Of a DNA stretch of 64,000 nucleotides, positions 60,815-64,000 are shown piece by piece. The first letter of the stretch is position 1, and each line of letters opens with the position of its first letter. Source of the DNA: Chrysemys picta bellii (Eukaryota); the NCBI RefSeq assembly GCF_011386835.1, contig NC_088794.1:6200001-6264000 (forward strand), written 5' to 3'. The position numbers and the translations under genes are program-made. A model generated the notes under the pieces. That model did not search any database. It had not been told where the DNA came from and saw only the letters and a list, made by a program, of their open reading frames with translations.

Positions 60815-62639
60815 ATGTAAAAACTGGGTCTGGCTTTAATTCAATAGAGGGAAGAAAAGGCGGGGAATGATTTCTCTGTATTGTTAGCTTGATTTCTGTG
60901 AATAATCAATGTGTGCACCTTCCATGAAAAGGAATAAAGGAAGGTAGATTTTCCTAGTTCTTACATCACTAAATGCATCAGGAATAGTTATCAGAGAAGA
61001 AATGGGGGACTTTGTCAAGGTTTGTGCAGCTGGCTCTTAGAACACAGAAATATATTAGGAAAACCTGTCAAACAAACAGACTCATGAACCAGCAATGCAA
61101 ATTGCCTTTTGCTAACTAATAGAAAATAGATGTATTCAACTCACACAGGCAACGTACATTAATTAAATCATGGAATTTGTTTGTTGTTGCAGCTATAAGT
61201 GCAATTAAAAAGGAGATGTGATGTAACCACAACAAGAAAGTAGTGAATAGATACAGTACATTGTATTTAGAATGTTTTATATTCATGCTGAAACTGTACT
61301 GTTGGTAGATGATGTAACCTGTGCATGAACTTGCTCTGTATACAGCAGGAGAATTCAACATGGCTAGAGAAACACATTCAACCTGACAGCCTTTAGGTAT
61401 TCTCCTATGCTTGGCTCCTGCAACCTTCTGTCTTATCTATCTATCTACCTACCTACCTAAAAGTTTTATAGTGTTAGCCAATCTCATATACAATATTATC
61501 TATAATAGTAGGTATGTTTATACAAGTATGAATTGTATTCTTCTTAAGATCTTCCAAAATTATTTTTACTTATGTTATGCTATTTAACCAAGAGGAGATG
61601 TGAACTATTGTAATCTCAGAGAACAAGGACAAGACAAATAATTTTGCTAACGCCTCACTAACATATGCTTTATAACAAGTTTTTACTGGTAGAGGATGCT
61701 TCGAAGGTTTTGCCAACTTCTCAAATATAATGGTCAAAACAGAGATAATAAACTAGTTATACATGTTGTCCTGTTTACTTTCCAGTCTGTGCCAGCCCAG
61801 CAAAAACATTCAAAAACATGTCAAAGATAAGAGATAAAAAACCCCTCAACTCTAGTGTAGATAGAGGCAGAGTGAAGCTCAGATTTTAAGGCAGTCTGAC
61901 CTCTGCATTGTTACCATCCAGATGGGTTGGTAATATATGTAGTCTTCCTTTCTCTGTTATGCTGCATTTATCTGTTACTAAGAATCTTTTATTCATAAAG
62001 GTTGATTAAGCCTAGCCATTTGGCATTATTGAATTCAGTCGAACCTGTAACATGTGGTAATGATTTAGGGCTGGACCCAGTGTGCCTTAAAAGCCAAATG
62101 CACAACTCCCACTGATTTCACTGGTGCAAATCAAGCCTTTAAAGGGGGTGAGGAGAGGGAATTCTCTGAGCTTGTCCATTTTCCAAATGATTTTTATTTA
62201 CCCATCTTGCACAAATATCTGAAGAGCTAAATTCAGCTTGGGCCAGTAAATGCAGCAAAATGACATTTCCTCTCTCGGTAACATGACATTACATGTCCCA
62301 TTTTGGGGTGGTATCTGTGCCATTAATAGTTCCTCTGTTTATACCTTGGAAACTATTCAAAGTGATGCTTTAAAATGTCATGTGATGGGAAGATGGATAC
62401 ACTTCAATGCTGATCTGTCCCTTATGTAAGATCCATTTTGATACTGATAGCTATGGTTTCCAGGTACTTGTCTGGCACATTTCATCCACTGAAGGATCTC
62501 CGAGGATGTCACAGGAGTCTTATGAACATTATTTTCCCCACTGCTTTATCACAGCTGCCTCTGCGGTGAGGCCGTTCTGGGCTAATGCAATGTAGCCAAC
62601 GTGAAACATGTCAAGAGTTAAAGGTCTAGCTGCCTCTTT

Positions 62640-62760
62640 GAACCCTGTTTGGCCAAATCCATGGAGGACTGTTGCAAAGCCTTCTCCACCTGCATCTTCC
62701 ACTTGGTGGCCATCACAGTGTTCTTTGGAACTGGCTATTCCATGTATTCACAATATTTTG
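62640..62760 (+). pseudogene. Decayed OR fragment (TM6 region)
   Basis: Translates to CKAFSTCIFHLVAITVFFGTGYSMY, matching the OR KAFSTCxSHL motif; flanks no longer OR-like. Confidence 0.7.
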
Positions 62761-63221
62761 TGCACTCCCTCACGTGTTTGGGCTCTTGCCTTTGCCTGTC
62801 CTGGGAAGAAATCCCCGAATTCTCCCACTCTTAGGTTATCAGCTCCTGTGTATCTACAGTGGCTTCTCATCGGGTCCATCTGGGCATGGGGCCTGCAAGT
62901 CTTCCCCTCAGGAGCTGTGATGAGTAATTAACACAGTGACCAGCTTTCTTAAAAAGAACCCCAAAACCTGTGTTTCATCTTAACAACAAAAACACAGCAC
63001 AGCATGGGAGCAAAAGGATTTTCTGACAGTAAACCAGTCTAGGTGCACGAGTGTCTCACCTAAGGCTTAAGAACCCCTGGGGAGATCAGGAAGGCCCTTC
63101 TGCCGGGCCCATGGCTATGTCAGCCGGAGCCTCACAAACAGCACCTGACAACTGCCCCACCCTCACTAGAGATTTGCTTTTTAACTATTTCATATCTGTT
63201 CATTCTATTCCTACCTGTATA

Positions 63222-63506
63222 AGGGCTGTTCTGCACTGAAAACTGTCAGTATAGCTACGTCTCTCTGGAGAGTGAAAAATCCACACACACCCTCTGAGAG
63301 ACGTAGCTATGCCAACATAACCCCATGGCATACACAGTGCTAGGTCCATGGAAGAATCCTTCTGTCAACCTAGCTACCGCCTCTCGGGAAGGCGGATTAA
63401 CTACACAGATGGGAGTACCCCTCCTATCCCTGTCATGAGCATCTACACTGAAGTGCTACAGATGCAGCACCCTGTGCGGTGGTAATAGTTTAAGTATAGA
63501 CACACC
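63222..63506. mobile_element. Degenerate Harbinger-type MITE
   Basis: Termini resembling ggct..tctacact / agtgtagac..acc; internal agctacgtc / gacgtagct inverted pair. Confidence 0.5.
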
Positions 63507-63769
63507 ATAAATTTGGGCTGGAGGCAAGGATTTGGGCACCATTTCTTAGTCCTGTTGCAATGTGAAGGATGGGAGGGTTGATCCATAACTATTTATGGCT
63601 ACTGTATATGACATAGAAAGTGAGATTAAATACGGTCTAGTTACACTGAGTTCTTGGGATGATGTAATAGATACATTGATTAAGCTGGACCATTAGGAAA
63701 CTAGCATGAAGGCAACAAAATATCTCTAGTAGAAGTAACCTTCTGGTAAACATGGTAAAAGTCATTAGC

Positions 63770-63968
63770 TGCTTCCTATTAATTTCTTTGGCTGATCTCT
63801 GATTCTTGTTTTTTATGAAGGGGAAAATAGCATTTCTTGGGGTAAATAACACTGCTTTATTCACTTTCTCCATATCGTTAATGATTTTATTGACCTCTAT
63901 CATATTCCCCCATAGTTGTCTCTTTTCCGAACTGAACTGTCCCAGTCCTTTTAAGCTTTCCTCATATG
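63770..63968 (-). mobile_element. CR1 fragment abutting OR remnant
   Basis: cttccatatgagg...atgatagaggtcaataaaatc...gagaaagtgaataa (MIEVNKIINDMEKVNK), as in the CR1 at 2218-2466. Confidence 0.75.
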
Positions 63969-64000
63969 GAAGCTGTAGATGAGGGGGTTCAGCATGGGGA
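63969..64000 (-). pseudogene. 3' part of another OR (PMLNPLIYS) cut by a CR1 insertion; the rest lies beyond the window
   Basis: Reverse complement tccccatgctgaaccccctcatctacagct encodes PMLNPLIYS, followed directly by CR1 sequence instead of LRNKEVK. Confidence 0.7.

Overview
Vertebrate genomic DNA, almost certainly turtle (inferred from CR1 3' ends, a tRNA-headed SINE with a CR1 tail, and Penelope-like repeats typical of turtle genomes). It is part of an olfactory receptor (OR) gene cluster. The dominant structure is a giant inverted duplication: 1-21640 is the reverse complement of 31774-50782, around a ~10 kb spacer that begins with a 500-N gap. Each arm carries one OR5-like and one OR10-like gene. 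The arms differ by about 3.7% substitutions in one sampled non-coding block, three arm-specific Penelope-like hairpin insertions with target-site duplications (TSDs), two large deletions, two micro-inversions and a 102-bp repeat copy-number change. Despite this, a 1209-bp tract over the OR5-like gene is 100% identical, suggesting arm-to-arm gene conversion. Outside the arms are an LTR-disrupted OR pseudogene, a third intact OR5-like gene, two OR fragments and a decayed env-like glycoprotein gene (53.9-55.7 kb, minus strand). Also notable are hammerhead-ribozyme-like motifs in the Penelope-like hairpins and a 197-bp solo LTR carrying a tRNA-like cassette. All alignments were done by eye; no database searches were run.
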